Assembly: GCA_002269645.1 (NCBI GenBank)
Contig: NIVC01000553.1
Span: 342,554-406,553, forward strand
Origin: Macrostomum lignano
Lineage: Eukaryota
Direction of reading: 5' to 3'
DNA length: 64,000 nt
The notes beneath the pieces were generated by a model. It worked only from the letters and a program-made list of their open reading frames with translations, ran no database searches and had not been told where the DNA came from. How positions within the stretch are numbered: the first letter of the stretch is position 1; the number at the start of each line of letters is the position of its first letter. Shown piece by piece: positions 61,840-64,000 of the stretch. A program made the position numbers and the translations under genes.

Positions 61840-62995
61840 GACTCAAAGGGGAATTGCTCAGACAGCCATAGAATCAAAGGGGAATTGCTCAGATGGCCAT
61901 AGACTCAAAGGGGAATTGCTCAGATGGCCATAGACTCAAAGGGGAATTGCTCAGACAGCCATAGAATCAAAGGGGAATTGCTCAGACAGCCATAGACTCA
62001 AAGGGGAATTGCTCAGACAGCCATAGACTCAAAGGGGAATTGCTCAGACAGCCATAGACTCAAAGGGAAATTTCTCAGACAGCCATAGACTCAATGGGTA
62101 ATTGCTCAGATAGCCATAGACTCAAAGGGGAATTGCTCAGACAGCCATAGACTCAAAGGGGAATTGCTCAGATAGCCATAGACTCAAAGGGTAATTGCTC
62201 AGATAGCCATAGACTCAAAGGGGAATTGCTCAGATGGCCATAGACTCAAAGGGTAATTGCTCAGATAGCCATAGACTCAAAGGGGAATTGCTCAGATGGC
62301 CATAGACTCAAAGGGGAATTGCTCAGATAGCCATAGACTCAAAGGGGAATTGCTCAGATGGCCATAGACTCAAAGGGGAATTGCTCAGATGGCCATAGAC
62401 TCAAAGGGTAATTGCTCAGATAGCCATAGACTCAAAGGGGAATTGCTCAGATGGCCATAGACTCAAAGGGGAATTGCTCAGATAGCCATAGACTCAAAGG
62501 GGAATTGCTCAGATGGCCATAGACTCAAAGGGGAATTGCTCAGATAGCCATAGACTCAAAGGGGAATTGCTCAGATAGCCATAGACTCAAAGGGGAATTG
62601 CTCAGATGGCCATAGACTCAAAGGGGAATTGCTCAGACAGCCATAGACTCAAAGGGGAATTGCTCAGATAGCCATAGACTCAAAGGGGAATTGCTCAGAT
62701 AGCCATAGACTCAAAGGGTAATTGCTCAGATAGCCATAGACTCAAAGGGGAATTGCTCAGATGGCCATAGACTCAAAGGGTAATTGCTCAGATGGCCATA
62801 GACTCAAAGGGGAATTGCTCAGACAGCCATAGACTCAATGGGTAATTGCTCAGATAGCCATAGACTCAAAGGGGAATTGCTCAGACAGCCATAGACTCAA
62901 AGGGGAATTGCTCAGATGGCCATAGACTCAAAGGGGAATTGCTCAGACAGCCATAGACTCAAAGGGGAATTGCTCAGATGGCCATAGACTCAAAG
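61840..62995. repeat. 31-bp minisatellite (GACTCAAAGGGGAATTGCTCAGATAGCCATA)
   Basis: About 37 abutting copies, no spacers. Confidence 0.98.
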
Positions 62996-63589
62996 GAAGA
63001 AAAATTAAAAAGGAAAAGGTTTGCAATCCTTAAATTTACCGTCAGTTGCAAGATTCGCTGGTCAAAGCGGCTCCAATCTGAATCATTATTAAATGATCTG
63101 AATCAATATAACTTGAAAAAGCATGTGAAATTGGTTGACAAAAATTCAAAATAACTTAACATTCGACTCAAATAGCCGCTAGTTTTGAGAGCAACAACTG
63201 TTCGAATTAAGAGAAGGCACTGTGGGTGGGTGGTTTGTCGAACGTGCAACACCCGCGACTCCGAGATAGGCGAGGGGGGGGCGGAGGAGGGGTCAGTGGG
63301 GCCGAGAAACGCTGGTACAGACAGGTAAAAAAAAGTTACGTAGGCGGTAGCCAATTAAAATTGTGCCTACGCTAACTCTAGTGTATTATAGGCTACTATG
63401 TGGCTTAAGAGTATTTTACGTTGTAAACCTGCAACTCCCCAGTTTTGCCCCCAGCTATTCTGAAATGTTACGCCTTCTGTATAGTTTTGGATATTGTTTG
63501 TTGGCCCTGCTCTGCCATCTGTCATCTTCTCTCTCTCCTTCTCGGCCCCACTCTCACCCTCTCTCCTTTAGCTACTCTAACTTTACTAC

Positions 63590-63990
63590 TTTACCTTAGC
63601 TACTCTACTTAAGCGAATTTACCTTATCTATCCTAACTTAGCTACTCTACTTTAGCTACCCTACTTTAGCTACTCTATTTTAGCTACTCTCCTTTAGCTA
63701 CTCTATTTTAGCTACCCTACTTTAGCAACACTATTTTTGCTACCCTACTTTAGCTACTCTACTTTAGCTACCCTACTTTAGCTACCCTACTTTAGCTATC
63801 CTACATTAGCTACTCTACTTTAGCTACCCTACTTTAGCTACCCTACTTTAGCTACCCTACTTTAGCTACCCGACTTTAGCTACCCGACTTTAGCTACCCT
63901 ACTTTAGCTACTCTATTTCAGCTACCCTACTTTAGCTACCCTACTTTAGCTACTCTAATTTAGCTACTCTTTTTTAGCTACCCTACTTTG
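63590..63990. repeat. 14-bp minisatellite (TTTAGCTACCCTAC)
   Basis: About 27 copies. Confidence 0.95.
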
Positions 63991-64000
63991 GGTACACTTT

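Noticed and set aside
61840-62995. CRISPR-like 31-bp repeats
   Set aside because: Units abut directly with no unique spacers, there are no cas genes and the context is eukaryotic. The 33-, 36-, 40- and 45-bp arrays were rejected for the same reason.

Overview
This is eukaryotic (metazoan) genomic DNA with GT-AG introns. The Ala/Gln-rich GC-biased exons and satellite-stuffed introns resemble the flatworm Macrostomum, but the species is an inference. I assembled seven protein-coding genes by hand, checking splice sites and phases: an SLC16 monocarboxylate transporter (-, 5 exons), a DM+DMA-domain Dmrt93B-like factor (+, 2 exons), ATP synthase inhibitor IF1 (-, 1 exon), a GRK2/3 beta-adrenergic receptor kinase (-, 7 exons), an LRRC74-like LRR protein (+, 9 exons), a divergent Vps4/katanin-clade AAA protein with degenerate catalytic motifs (+, 1 exon) and an ataxin-1-like AXH protein (-, 2 exons). 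Mobile DNA comprises a 5'-truncated R1/LOA-type LINE running off the left edge, two CORE-type tRNA SINEs, a 941-bp non-autonomous hAT element with an 8-bp TSD and a foldback element. More than 35 micro/minisatellite arrays are present, and most long ORFs in the supplied track are artefacts of them. The most unusual features are that most introns carry their own distinct satellite abutting splice sites, and that several satellites are arrays of recognisable signals (U1 donor consensus, CRE, AATAAA, YCAY). There is no CRISPR array, rRNA or true tRNA. Array boundaries and copy numbers are approximate, read by eye.
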